Below are positions 1-8,499 of a DNA stretch of 41,984 nucleotides, piece by piece. The stretch covers positions 1-41,984 of the forward strand of contig CAZWRH010000003.1 of assembly GCA_964636045.1 (NCBI GenBank), read 5' to 3'. Positions within the stretch are counted from its first letter, which is position 1. Each line of letters starts with the position of its first letter. Below the pieces are notes generated by a model, which saw only the letters and a list, made by a program, of their open reading frames with translations, had not been told where the DNA came from and did not search any database. The stretch comes from an uncultured Gammaproteobacteria bacterium. GTDB taxonomy: Bacteria; Patescibacteriota; Microgenomatia; UBA1406; HO2-37-13b. Made by a program: the position numbers and the translations under genes.

Positions 1-158
1 GGATTAGTATATTCCTTACCAGCAATAATATTTAATTTTTTGTAAACTTGTCTTGAGTCAAAAGAAACTAACTCACCATTATATTTTTTAGCCATCTCAA
101 CTGCAAAACTTGTTTTTCCTGTTGCTGTTTGACCAGAGATTATTAATATTTTTTTCAT
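1..158 (-). CDS. miaA: tRNA dimethylallyltransferase (MiaA), N-terminal fragment; continues beyond window start
   Basis: Not in the ORF track because it runs off the window. Manual minus-strand translation from the ATG at 158-156 gives MKKILIISGQTATGKTSFAVEMAKKYNGELVSFDSRQVYKKLNIIAGKEYTN. A P-loop (GxTxxGKT) followed by DSxQVY is the MiaA N-terminal signature. The ATG overlaps the comF stop (ATGA). Confidence 0.7.
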   Translation of the reverse strand, partial: MKKILIISGQTATGKTSFAVEMAKKYNGELVSFDSRQVYKKLNIIAGKEYTN

Positions 159-853
159 TTTGCCATAGCTAAAGTAATAGCATAAACTTTCTTAACGCCA
201 TTTCTTTTAAGTATTTTAACAATTTCTTTTATTGTTGAACCACTAGTTAATACATCATCAAAAATGATGAATGTTTTTTCTAATAATTTTGCATCTATTT
301 TTTTAGATATTGAAAAAACCCCTTTAACGTTTTCTATCCTTTTTTTTAAATCAGACTCATTTGCTTGTGGAGAAGTATTTTTATTTCTAATAATTAAATT
401 ATCTTCTATTTTAATGTCTTTAAAAAGATGTTTAGCAATTTCAAATGATTGATTAAACCCACGAGTTCTTAGCCTATCAATATGTAATGGAACTGGAATA
501 ACTATTATTTTAGATAAATCTTTTGGTAACAAATTTAATTGAAAAAAATTATTTGGAATTAAACTAAAAAAATCATCGATTGCTTCTTTAACTAATTTAT
601 ATTTGATTTTTTTTATTATTTTTTGAAAAACAAAATCATAATAGAAATATGATTTACACCCATCTACTCCATTTTTTTGCCTACATCTAAAATGAGTAAC
701 TCCGTATATATTTGGCTTTTTACAATAAAAACATACATCAGTTTTTATTATTTTTAATTTTGAAAAACAATTTGCACACAAATATCTACCAGGTTTTTTA
801 CATATAAAACAGTATTTTGGAAAAAGAATTTTTTTGAAAAAATCTAAAAACAT
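155..853 (-). CDS. comF: ComF-family protein (phosphoribosyltransferase-like, competence-associated)
   Basis: 232 aa. The N-terminus has Cys pairs (CFICKK...CANC, CFYCKK). The C-terminus has the PRTase motif IIFDDVLTSGSTI, typical of ComF/ComFC. Confidence 0.8.
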   Translation of the reverse strand: MFLDFFKKILFPKYCFICKKPGRYLCANCFSKLKIIKTDVCFYCKKPNIYGVTHFRCRQKNGVDGCKSYFYYDFVFQKIIKKIKYKLVKEAIDDFFSLIPNNFFQLNLLPKDLSKIIVIPVPLHIDRLRTRGFNQSFEIAKHLFKDIKIEDNLIIRNKNTSPQANESDLKKRIENVKGVFSISKKIDAKLLEKTFIIFDDVLTSGSTIKEIVKILKRNGVKKVYAITLAMAK

Positions 854-2299
854 TTATTTTCTTTTTAGGGTTTTAGAGACTCCAATTAAAAGTAAAATTG
901 AAGGAAGTAATAAAATATTTAAATATTTTATTAAATCTTTAGTTTGATCAGGCATATCTTTTATTGGGTAATTACTTATCATTCTTGATCTAATACCTGA
1001 TAAAGCACCGTTTGATGCAAGACTATTTACAACATTTAAAATAAAACTTAAATTATTTGAATTTCTTGATAAAAATTGCTCTTTAATAAATCTTGATGAA
1101 GGAATAACTATTAAAGACCCACTTCCAACCTCAGACATTCCAATAACACCAAATTCTTTCAAATCTTTTTTTTGTGGCATTAAGATTGAGTTTGGAGATA
1201 AGGTAAAATTTTCTTTCTGTTCCCAAGAACTACTCTCTGATTTAACTAATATTTTTGTTTTATAATTTGGATTTTTTGAATCAATAGAAATCGAGCTTAC
1301 CCATGGAAAAATTAAATTATTAATACTTGAAAATTCTGGGGATTTTATATCAAAATTTGTTGTATTTATCCAAAATGGATAAGGAATTAACAAATTAATT
1401 ATTTGAGAAGATAATGACAAAATTAAATTTTTATTTAAATTAATTCCAAATTTACTAAATAAATTTAATAAATTTTCATCTGCAGAAGATGTAGTTAAGT
1501 TATTTTCATCAATACTCACTCCATCAACCATAGCAACTACTTTTCCTCCATTTTTAATATAACCTTCTATTAAATCAACTTCTGGAGTCGAATACTTCTT
1601 TTGTTCACTTGTAAATAAAAGCAATGTTTTTATTTGATTATTTAAATTATTGCTATTAATATCACCCATTGGTGATAATTCAAATTGTTTTTCAAGAACT
1701 TTTTTTAAAGTTAAAATTTCATCTTCACCTGAATTATAATTTATTGCACTACCTACTAATCCAATTTTTGATAATTCTTTTTTAGTAATTTTATAAATAG
1801 CTGATGTAATATCATATTCTAAAGTTTCAAGATTAGTAGCTTGAGGAATAACTTCTTTTTTATCACTATTTGATATTAATAATCCAAAATATGTTGTTGA
1901 AACTGCATACTTGTCCTTATCAACCTGAGAAAACTGTAGTTCTGGGATACCAACACTAGACGCTTCTTCTTTTGCCTCAGTACTTTTTTTTGGGTCAACT
2001 ATTTTAACAACAATTTTACTTTTACTTTCTTTTTGATATTCGTTTATTAAATCTAACAAATCAGTCTTTAACGGAATAAGTCTTGTTGGTAAATCAGCAG
2101 AAATAAATAATTTGATTTCAATTTTCTTATCTAAATTTTTTATTATTTTTTTTGACGAAGATGATAGCGTATTTGATTTATCCTTTGAAAAATCAAAACG
2201 CAAAACAAAAAAATAAACTATTAAATTAATAAAAACAAAAATTCCAAACAAAACTAAAAAACCAACTGTTTTTTTTAACTTAATAAAATCAATTTTCAT
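854..2299 (-). CDS. GldG-like auxiliary component of an ABC-2 transport system (large extracytoplasmic domain between N- and C-terminal anchors)
   Basis: 481 aa with hydrophobic N-terminal (FLVLFGIFVFINLIVYFFVL) and C-terminal (LNILLLPSILLLIGV) segments. It lies directly downstream of the ABC ATPase and ABC-2 permease, as in gldA/gldF/gldG-type operons. The family call rests on architecture and context only. Confidence 0.5.
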   Translation of the reverse strand: MKIDFIKLKKTVGFLVLFGIFVFINLIVYFFVLRFDFSKDKSNTLSSSSKKIIKNLDKKIEIKLFISADLPTRLIPLKTDLLDLINEYQKESKSKIVVKIVDPKKSTEAKEEASSVGIPELQFSQVDKDKYAVSTTYFGLLISNSDKKEVIPQATNLETLEYDITSAIYKITKKELSKIGLVGSAINYNSGEDEILTLKKVLEKQFELSPMGDINSNNLNNQIKTLLLFTSEQKKYSTPEVDLIEGYIKNGGKVVAMVDGVSIDENNLTTSSADENLLNLFSKFGINLNKNLILSLSSQIINLLIPYPFWINTTNFDIKSPEFSSINNLIFPWVSSISIDSKNPNYKTKILVKSESSSWEQKENFTLSPNSILMPQKKDLKEFGVIGMSEVGSGSLIVIPSSRFIKEQFLSRNSNNLSFILNVVNSLASNGALSGIRSRMISNYPIKDMPDQTKDLIKYLNILLLPSILLLIGVSKTLKRK

Positions 2300-2306
2300 A
2301 AAAAAA

Positions 2307-3008
2307 TTAATCTCTTTTTTTCAAATTGATAACCGTTAAAAAAGTAAATAAAAATATGAAGCTTAAAAAATAAACCACAGATCTTAAATCAACTATACCT
2401 TTAATAAAATTATTAAAATGATAGGTTGGAGATAAATAACTTAAAATTTCTTGAATTATTCTTGGAAAAATTCCAACAAAAAAATCACTTCCAATAATTA
2501 ATAAAAAGAAGCAAATAATTGTCGATAATAAATATGAAATTATTTGATTTTTTGTTAATGAAGAAAAATAAATACCCAAAGATATAAAAGAAAATCCAAG
2601 TAACAATGATCCAAAATATCCCACAATTACTTCTGGTATATATATTCTTGAAATAAACGTCAATGTAATTGGAATTGAAAATGTCAAAGACATAGTAACT
2701 ACTAAAAATATTGCAAGGCTATATAATTTAGAAATAACTATTATTGACTCTTTTATTGGTAGTGAAATTAAAGTCTCTATTGTATTTAATCTTTTTTCTT
2801 CAGAAAATATTCTCATTGAAAGAGCTGGAATAAAAAATAAAAAAAGCCAAGGTAAAGAATCAAAGAAAGGTCTCATTGTTGAATCTCCTCTCAAAAACAA
2901 ATCTTTAATAAATAAAAAATTTGCAAAAACAGCAAATAAAAAAGCAACAATATATCCTGTTGGATTACTAAAATAAAATAATAATTCTTTTTTTATTACA
3001 GTTTTCAT
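2307..3008 (-). CDS. ABC-2 type transporter permease
   Basis: The ORF track gives 2307..3083. The internal Met (MKTVIKKELLFYFSNPTGY) at 3008 removes the 71-nt overlap with the ATPase gene. The protein has multiple hydrophobic helices and a GldF/ABC-2-like layout. Confidence 0.65.
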   Translation of the reverse strand: MKTVIKKELLFYFSNPTGYIVAFLFAVFANFLFIKDLFLRGDSTMRPFFDSLPWLFLFFIPALSMRIFSEEKRLNTIETLISLPIKESIIVISKLYSLAIFLVVTMSLTFSIPITLTFISRIYIPEVIVGYFGSLLLGFSFISLGIYFSSLTKNQIISYLLSTIICFFLLIIGSDFFVGIFPRIIQEILSYLSPTYHFNNFIKGIVDLRSVVYFLSFIFLFTFLTVINLKKRD

Positions 3009-3012
3009 ATTT

Positions 3013-3696
3013 TTATTTAACAAGTTTTCTAAATAATTTTTCTGTATCTCCTTTTTTCTTTGGTTTGCTTCCACAATAAACAATCTCTCCTTTATTTATA
3101 ATAATAAGCTTTGAAGCAACCGCTTCAATCTCGGTTAATATATGGCTTGATAAAATAACAGTTCTTTTCTTCCCTAAAGATAAAATTAATTTTTTTATTT
3201 TTTCTTGTTCTAATGGGTCAAGTCCAGAAGTTGGTTCATCTAAAATCAATAATTCTGGATTGCCAATTAATGCTGCAGCAAGACCAACTCTTTGTTTAAA
3301 ACCTCTAGACAACTCTTCTATTTTTGTTTTTAATACATCTTCTACACCAACGCTTTTTACTATATTAAATAGATCGTCAATATCTCCTTTTTTAATATCA
3401 TTAACAAAATGTAAATATTCTTCAACTTTCATTTCTGGATATAAAGGGTTATTTTCTGGCAAATATCCGATTTTTTTTAAATTATTTAATCTATTTATTA
3501 TTGGATTAATACCAAATACTTTTACATCACCTGAAGTTTGTTTTAAAAAACCAACAATTATTCTCATTGTTGTAGTTTTTCCTGCTCCGTTTGGACCTAA
3601 AAAACCAACAATTTCACCAGTTTTAACTTGAATATTGATATTTTTTAAAACCTGTTTTTTATCAAAAAATTTATTAACTTTAGAAAAATTAATCAT
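3013..3696 (-). CDS. ABC transporter ATP-binding protein
   Basis: Walker A GPNGAGKTT, ABC signature LSRGFKQR, Walker B LLILDEPTSGLD. Confidence 0.9.
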   Translation of the reverse strand: MINFSKVNKFFDKKQVLKNINIQVKTGEIVGFLGPNGAGKTTTMRIIVGFLKQTSGDVKVFGINPIINRLNNLKKIGYLPENNPLYPEMKVEEYLHFVNDIKKGDIDDLFNIVKSVGVEDVLKTKIEELSRGFKQRVGLAAALIGNPELLILDEPTSGLDPLEQEKIKKLILSLGKKRTVILSSHILTEIEAVASKLIIINKGEIVYCGSKPKKKGDTEKLFRKLVK

Positions 3697-3737
3697 AAGA
3701 ATTTTAAATTTATACTAAAAAAAATCTAAAATATCAA

Positions 3738-4496
3738 TTACTTAAGCAAATCAATTCTTCTTTTTAAAGTGGTTAAAAATGCCTCTTTTATTCTCCATTT
3801 ATCTATTTCTTTATGATTTCCAGACAAAAGAATTTCAGGGATTTTTTTTCCATTAAAAGTCTCTGGTCTTGTAAATTGAGGATACTCAAGTAATTTAACA
3901 ACAGTTTTCTTTTTTTCTTTTAAGAGTTTAATTGTTTCATTTTCTCCAACGATTTTTTCTAGTTTATTTATTTCAATCTCTAGAAAGCTTTCATTTTGCG
4001 TTGCTTCTTCTTTTTTTAATACATTTGGAATAAGTCTAGTAATAGAATCAATAATTACAGAAGCAGCGATTTCTCCTCCAGTTAAAACATAATCACCAAT
4101 AGAAACTTCCTCATTAAAATAAGCACTAATTCTTTCATCAAAACCTTCATAATGACCACAAAAAATAACAATATTATCTAACCTAGATAATTCTTCTGCT
4201 TTTTTTTGATCATATTTTATGCCTCTTGGAGAAGTTAAAATATAGTGATTTTTTTTACCGATAATGTTTTTTTTAATTTCAGTTATAGCTTTAAATACCG
4301 GCTCTATTTTTAAAACCATACCAGTTCCTCCTCCATATGGCTTATCATCAACAGTTCTATATTTATCAGTAGTAAATTCTCTTAAATTAATAATTTTTAT
4401 TTCAATTATTTTTTTATCAATAGCTCTTTTTATTATGCTTTCTGATATAAAAGCTTCAATCATTTTTGGAAAAAGCGTTACAACAGTAATTTTCAT
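3738..4496 (-). CDS. trmD: tRNA (guanine37-N1)-methyltransferase TrmD
   Basis: MKITVVTLFPKMIEAF start, YGGGTGMVLK and LLSGNHKEIDKWR motifs characteristic of TrmD. Confidence 0.9.
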   Translation of the reverse strand: MKITVVTLFPKMIEAFISESIIKRAIDKKIIEIKIINLREFTTDKYRTVDDKPYGGGTGMVLKIEPVFKAITEIKKNIIGKKNHYILTSPRGIKYDQKKAEELSRLDNIVIFCGHYEGFDERISAYFNEEVSIGDYVLTGGEIAASVIIDSITRLIPNVLKKEEATQNESFLEIEINKLEKIVGENETIKLLKEKKKTVVKLLEYPQFTRPETFNGKKIPEILLSGNHKEIDKWRIKEAFLTTLKRRIDLLK

Positions 4497-4517
4497 ATAT
4501 AATATTTTACTATAACA

Positions 4518-4727
4518 ATGATTAAAAACTGGATTATTAACTTAATAAAAACATACCAAAAGTATCATTTTTTTGGTGAAGGCAATTGTAGATTTATCCC
4601 TACTTGTTCCAACTATACCATCGAAGCAATAAAAAAATACGGAATTTTAAAAGGATTTTTTTTAGGAATAATTAGAGTTTTGAGATGTAATCCTTTATTT
4701 AAAGGAGGAGTTGATCCTTTAAAATAA
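4518..4727 (+). CDS. yidD: membrane protein insertion efficiency factor YidD
   Basis: 69 aa. [19 protein letters not shown] ... [12 protein letters not shown] is the YidD signature. Confidence 0.9.
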   Translation: MIKNWIINLIKTYQKYHFFGEGNCRFIPTCSNYTIEAIKKYGILKGFFLGIIRVLRCNPLFKGGVDPLK

Positions 4728-4925
4728 TTATTTTCGCTCAATTCCTTTTTCATGAAATTGCCTCATTAATTCAAATGGAGAAGCAAATAAACCATTACCT
4801 ACTCCAAGTTTTTTACCAACTTCTTTTGCTTTATGAATTCCAAGCTTTTCATGGGGAGCTTTATTTATCAAATCTGATTTAATTTTTTCATGTGGACTCA
4901 TTAAATAAAAATCTTTTTCAACCAT
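4728..4925 (-). CDS. hypothetical small protein (65 aa from ATG; ORF track extends to a TTG at 4946), divergent from lexA and sharing its operator
   Basis: MVEKDFYLMSPHEKIKSDLINKAPHEKLGIHKAKEVGKKLGVGNGLFASPFELMRQFHEKGIERK. I recognise no family. An extended -10 (TGTTATAAT on the minus strand, plus coordinates 4935-4943) sits 9 nt upstream of the ATG at 4925. It lies inside the longer TTG-started ORF, which argues for the shorter start. Confidence 0.45.
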   Translation of the reverse strand: MVEKDFYLMSPHEKIKSDLINKAPHEKLGIHKAKEVGKKLGVGNGLFASPFELMRQFHEKGIERK

Positions 4926-4959
4926 AGGTTTTAAATTATAACACAATCATATTGACAAT

Positions 4960-4973
4960 CGAACAACTGTTCG
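4960..4973. promoter_or_regulatory. LexA operator (Cheo/Gram-positive-type SOS box) in divergent promoter region
   Basis: CGAACAACTGTTCG is a perfect GAAC-N4-GTTC palindrome. It sits between TTGACA (4952-4957) and TATTAT (4976-4981), which read toward lexA (ATG 4992). It also overlaps the -35 position of the minus-strand promoter. Confidence 0.8.
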
Positions 4974-4991
4974 TTTATTATTAAAAAAGCT

Positions 4992-5558
4992 ATGGAAAAT
5001 AAAGAAAGACTAATCAGTTTAAAAAGGTTTTATAAAAAAAATCAAAGACTTCCTTCATATTCAGAAATGTTATCTATTTTTAATTTAAAATCCAAAGATT
5101 CTGTAGCAAATCAGATCAATAAATTTGTCAAAGAAGGCTATTTACAAAAAAATGATAAAAAAATTACCCCAACTTATAAGTTTTTTAGCCTCCCAATACT
5201 CGGAACTATTAAGGCAGGAATACCCCATAGCACAGAGCAGCAGAATGATCTTTATCCTGCTAATGAGCTCAATTTTATTTTTGAGCCTGATAGAACGTTC
5301 CTCCTCAAGGTTTCTGGAGATTCCATGCTCAGCGCTGGAATTTTTGATGGAGATATGGTTATCCTAGATAAAAATAAAGAGCCAAAAAATGGAGATATAA
5401 TTGCAGCCTGTATAGATAATGAATGGACATTAAAATACTTCTATAAAAATGACAATCAAGTAGTTCTTATATCTGGAAATAGCAAGTATCCACCGCTTTA
5501 TCCAAAAGAAACTTTATCTTCAGGAGGAGTTGTAATAAAAGTTATTAGGAACTTATAA
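4992..5558 (+). CDS. lexA: LexA repressor (S24 peptidase)
   Basis: 188 aa. It has an N-terminal winged-helix region (LPSYSEMLSIFNLKSKDSVANQINKFVKEGYL) and an Ala-Gly cleavage context (GTIKAGIPHS). The catalytic Ser is in VSGDSMLSAGIFDGDMVILD and the catalytic Lys in EWTLKYF. Confidence 0.9.
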   Translation: MENKERLISLKRFYKKNQRLPSYSEMLSIFNLKSKDSVANQINKFVKEGYLQKNDKKITPTYKFFSLPILGTIKAGIPHSTEQQNDLYPANELNFIFEPDRTFLLKVSGDSMLSAGIFDGDMVILDKNKEPKNGDIIAACIDNEWTLKYFYKNDNQVVLISGNSKYPPLYPKETLSSGGVVIKVIRNL

Positions 5559-5568
5559 ATATGTAAAT

Positions 5569-5829
5569 ATGGAAGATGCTATAGGAGATAAAATTAACGT
5601 TATAACAATTTTTAATTGGGAAAAACAAACCGTTATTCCATATAAAATTACTTGGCAAAAAAGAGAATATTTTATTAAAAAATTAAATTATTATTTTAAA
5701 CAAAGAGAGAATGGCATCATTATTCATAACTTCTATGTAAACGATGGACAGTTAGATTTCTATCTAAAATTTAATTCTGATAGTCTAAATTGGACACTTC
5801 AACATATTTATGATGGATCTTCCAATTAA
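5569..5829 (+). CDS. hypothetical protein (86 aa) between lexA and the Y-family polymerase
   Basis: The ORF starts 10 nt after the lexA stop. Its last 20 nt overlap the longest dinB ORF. No motif recognised. Confidence 0.5.
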   Translation: MEDAIGDKINVITIFNWEKQTVIPYKITWQKREYFIKKLNYYFKQRENGIIIHNFYVNDGQLDFYLKFNSDSLNWTLQHIYDGSSN

Positions 5830-7036
5830 TTCAAATAAACCTTTAATAATGCATATAGATATCAATTCTTGCTTTGCTACTGTTTTACAGCAAGCTTATC
5901 AAAACTTAAGAAATAAACCATTAGTCATTGCAGCATATACTTCTCCCGGAGGGTGTATTTTAGCCTCTTCAATTGAAGCTAAGAAATTAGGAATTAAAAC
6001 TGGAATGAAAGTCTATGAAGCACAAAGTATTTATAAAAATATAATAATAAAAACTACAGAAGTTGAACTTATTAATAACTTTCATTCTCAATTTATAAAG
6101 ATATTGCAAAAACATTGCTGTGAAGTAATTCCTAAATCGATAGATGAGGCGATCTTAGATTTTTCTAATCTAGCAGACAATGAAAAAATAAATATGGTTG
6201 AAATAGCTAAAAAAATAAAACTAGATATTAAAAATAATATTGGAGAATGGATCTCTTGTAGTGTTGGAATAGGAACAAATCGTTTTTTAGCAAAAACAGC
6301 AGCTTCTTTTAAAAAACCAAATGGATTAACTATTATTGATAGTAATAATGTAAAAACAATATATTCTCAACTTAAATTATTAGATTTGTATGGTATTAAT
6401 AAACAACTAGCTTGTAGATTACAAATGAATAAGATAAAAACTCCCTTAGATTTTTTAGCTTCCAATATTTTTTGCTTACAAAAAAAAGTATTTAAAAGCA
6501 TTAATGGTTTTTATTGGTATAAAAGACTACGTGGTTGGGAAATAGACAATGTAAAATCCGATAGAAAAAGTTTTGGTCAACAATATGCCCTTCCTAAAGC
6601 TACTAGCGATAAATTTGAAGTTGAAAATATCATATTAAAATTAACAGAAAAAATGAGTCATCGTCTAAGAAATGCTGGATTTTATACAAAAGGAATTTCT
6701 GTCTCATTTTTATATAAAGATTACTCTTCTTTTCAAAAAAACCACTTAACAAACAAAGCTATTTATAATACTTTAGATATTTTTAAAGAATTGATATATC
6801 TTTATAATAAATCTCCTCAAAAACCAATTATTAAAATATCAGTTTCTTGTTTTGGATTGCAAAATATTAAAAATTTTCAAATGGATCTTTTTAACGACCT
6901 ATCTAAACAAAAAAATATTACAGATATTGTTGATTCTATTAATAATAAATATGGAGAACTTACTGTTTTTCCTTGTTCAATAAAAGATATAAATAAAAAA
7001 ATTATCAACCGAATTGGATTTGGTCGGATTAATTAG
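5810..7036 (+). CDS. dinB: Y-family DNA polymerase (DinB/Pol IV-like, ImpB/MucB/SamB family)
   Basis: IMHIDINSCFATV (equivalent to HVDMDAFFASVE) and SIDEAILD (catalytic D-E) are present, followed by GIGTNRFLAKTAS. An alternative start at Met14 (5849) would remove the overlap with the upstream ORF and give a canonical N-terminus. Confidence 0.85.
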   Translation: MMDLPINSNKPLIMHIDINSCFATVLQQAYQNLRNKPLVIAAYTSPGGCILASSIEAKKLGIKTGMKVYEAQSIYKNIIIKTTEVELINNFHSQFIKILQKHCCEVIPKSIDEAILDFSNLADNEKINMVEIAKKIKLDIKNNIGEWISCSVGIGTNRFLAKTAASFKKPNGLTIIDSNNVKTIYSQLKLLDLYGINKQLACRLQMNKIKTPLDFLASNIFCLQKKVFKSINGFYWYKRLRGWEIDNVKSDRKSFGQQYALPKATSDKFEVENIILKLTEKMSHRLRNAGFYTKGISVSFLYKDYSSFQKNHLTNKAIYNTLDIFKELIYLYNKSPQKPIIKISVSCFGLQNIKNFQMDLFNDLSKQKNITDIVDSINNKYGELTVFPCSIKDINKKIINRIGFGRIN

Positions 7037-7039
7037 TTT

Positions 7040-7261
7040 TTATTTAGGCATGACTTCTCTTCCCTCTTCATTAATATTTTGATTAGGAACTATTGGTTTT
7101 TCTAATTTATTATTCTCTTTAATTTGCATAAATCCTTCTGACATCATAGTATTTAGTTTCATTTGATTTCTATATATTAAATATTGACCTATTAAAACCA
7201 ATACAATCAAAATACCCATAATACCCATACATTTCGGACAACATTCACATGTTTTTTTCAT
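7040..7261 (-). CDS. small membrane protein with N-terminal Cys cluster (hypothetical)
   Basis: 73 aa. MKKTCECCPKCMG is followed by one TM helix (IMGILIVLVLIGQYLIY). A strong SD, AGGAGGTG (plus coordinates 7269-7276), lies 7 nt upstream of the ATG. Confidence 0.55.
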   Translation of the reverse strand: MKKTCECCPKCMGIMGILIVLVLIGQYLIYRNQMKLNTMMSEGFMQIKENNKLEKPIVPNQNINEEGREVMPK

Positions 7262-7314
7262 ATATTCTCACCTCCTTTTTTATACCTATATTTATTATAT
7301 AAAATAAATAATAA

Positions 7315-7524
7315 ATGAAAAATAAAATCTTAATATTTTTAACAATTGCTGTTTTCGGAGTTATTTGTTTTTATCTTGGAAAAATATCTAATACTAAAAA
7401 TAACAATATTAATGAAGTTGTATCTCCTGGTATAAAAGCCTGCACTATGGAGGCAAAAATTTGTCCTGATGGATCGTCAGTTGGTAGATCAGGCCCAAAT
7501 TGTGAATTTGCTCCTTGCCCCTAA
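7315..7524 (+). CDS. small membrane-anchored/secreted Cys-rich protein (hypothetical)
   Basis: 69 aa. An N-terminal hydrophobic anchor is followed by a C-terminal 4-Cys motif, CTMEAKICPDGSSVGRSGPNCEFAPCP. I recall this motif from many small CPR proteins. Confidence 0.5.
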   Translation: MKNKILIFLTIAVFGVICFYLGKISNTKNNNINEVVSPGIKACTMEAKICPDGSSVGRSGPNCEFAPCP

Positions 7525-7574
7525 AAGACTCTTCTTAAATATCCTTCTCTTTGTTTTATAATATGTAAATATTT

Positions 7575-8027
7575 ATGGAAAAGATATTAAATAAAAAAAG
7601 TTATAGAGATTATGAAATTATTGATAAAATTGAGGCTGGAATTATCTTAACAGGACCTGAGGTTAAATCTATTAGAGAAGGAAGAATAAGATTAGAGGAT
7701 GCATATGTCAAAATAACAGAGAATGATATTATTTTAATTAATGCAGATATTGCTCCATATAAGTTTAGTAATGATAAAAATTTTGATTCAAAAAGAATTC
7801 GTAAACTACTTTTAAATAAAAAAGAAATATTAAAATTAAGAACTAAAATGAACGCTAAGGGTAATTTGACAATCATTCCTTTAGCTTGTTATAATAAGAA
7901 GAACATAATAAAAATTGAAATAGGACTTGCAAGAGGAAAAAAGAATTGGGAAGTAAAAAAAGTAGAACAAAATAGAGATGAAAAACGAAGAGAAGAAAAA
8001 GAATTTAAAGAATATTACAAATCTTAA
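7575..8027 (+). CDS. smpB: SsrA-binding protein SmpB
   Basis: 150 aa. The sequence NKKSYRDYEIIDKIEAGIILTGPEVKSIR...YVKI...LINADIAPY is typical of SmpB, with a basic C-terminal tail. The gene is immediately followed by tmRNA. Confidence 0.9.
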   Translation: MEKILNKKSYRDYEIIDKIEAGIILTGPEVKSIREGRIRLEDAYVKITENDIILINADIAPYKFSNDKNFDSKRIRKLLLNKKEILKLRTKMNAKGNLTIIPLACYNKKNIIKIEIGLARGKKNWEVKKVEQNRDEKRREEKEFKEYYKS

Positions 8028-8031
8028 AATT

Positions 8032-8451
8032 GGGGATGAACGGTTTCGACGTAAAGAATTGCTCTTTTAAAAATCGCTAGATCGCAACTGTGCGCAAACA
8101 GTAAAATATAAATGCAGATGCTGAACAAGCAGAAGCAGCTTTCTATGCAAGAAATGCAAACTATGCATTTTTAACAGCATAAAGAGCTATTTCCTTTTAG
8201 GAAACGTCTTATTAAATTTTTTCTCATGTTAAATTTATTAAGGCGACAACCAACATGAGATAGAGATAAAAAAAGTTACAAGCTGATTTCTTTTTTTATT
8301 TCAAAATACACTTTAGTAAGTGAAAAAATCATTGCCATAATTTTTTATTTATTGGTTTTAAAAAATTATGTATTTAAACCATTTATTTCTAGCTAAAGAT
8401 TTTTTTAAGTAGCCTTTATGGACTCCGGTTCAATTCCGGACATCTCCACCA
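8032..8451 (+). ncRNA. ssrA: tmRNA (ssrA), one-piece
   Basis: The 5' end GGGGATGAACGGTTTCGACG pairs with the 3' end CATCTCCACCA, giving an acceptor stem with a G3-U pair and an encoded CCA. A T-arm CCGGTTCAATTCCGG is present. An internal frame is open from 8105 to TAA at 8180-8182. A possible resume codon, GCA at 8114, gives ADAEQAEAAFYARNANYAFLTA. The resume position is a guess. Confidence 0.9.
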
Positions 8452-8499
8452 AAAAAATGATGATTTTATTTTTACTAAAAATAGTAAAATAATTTCATC

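Noticed and set aside
264-452. Shadow ORFs from the six-frame track. This one, and also 3260..3631, 4264..4515, 5125..5367, 7610..7876, 10218..10418, 15306..15539, 16365..16589, 16970..17173, 19110..19355, 19875..20081, 23798..24205, 26166..26363, 29664..29870, 31099..31320, 33379..33651, 37990..38322 and 39337..39549.
   Set aside because: Each is nested inside, antisense to or out of frame with a gene that has clear family motifs. Their translations are low-complexity F/L/I/S-rich strings, typical of the opposite strand of AT-rich coding DNA.
8470-8489. Hairpin TTTTACTA-AAAA-TAGTAAAA just after tmRNA, considered as a terminator.
   Set aside because: The 8-bp stem has a single G-C pair and no downstream U tract, so the evidence is too weak.
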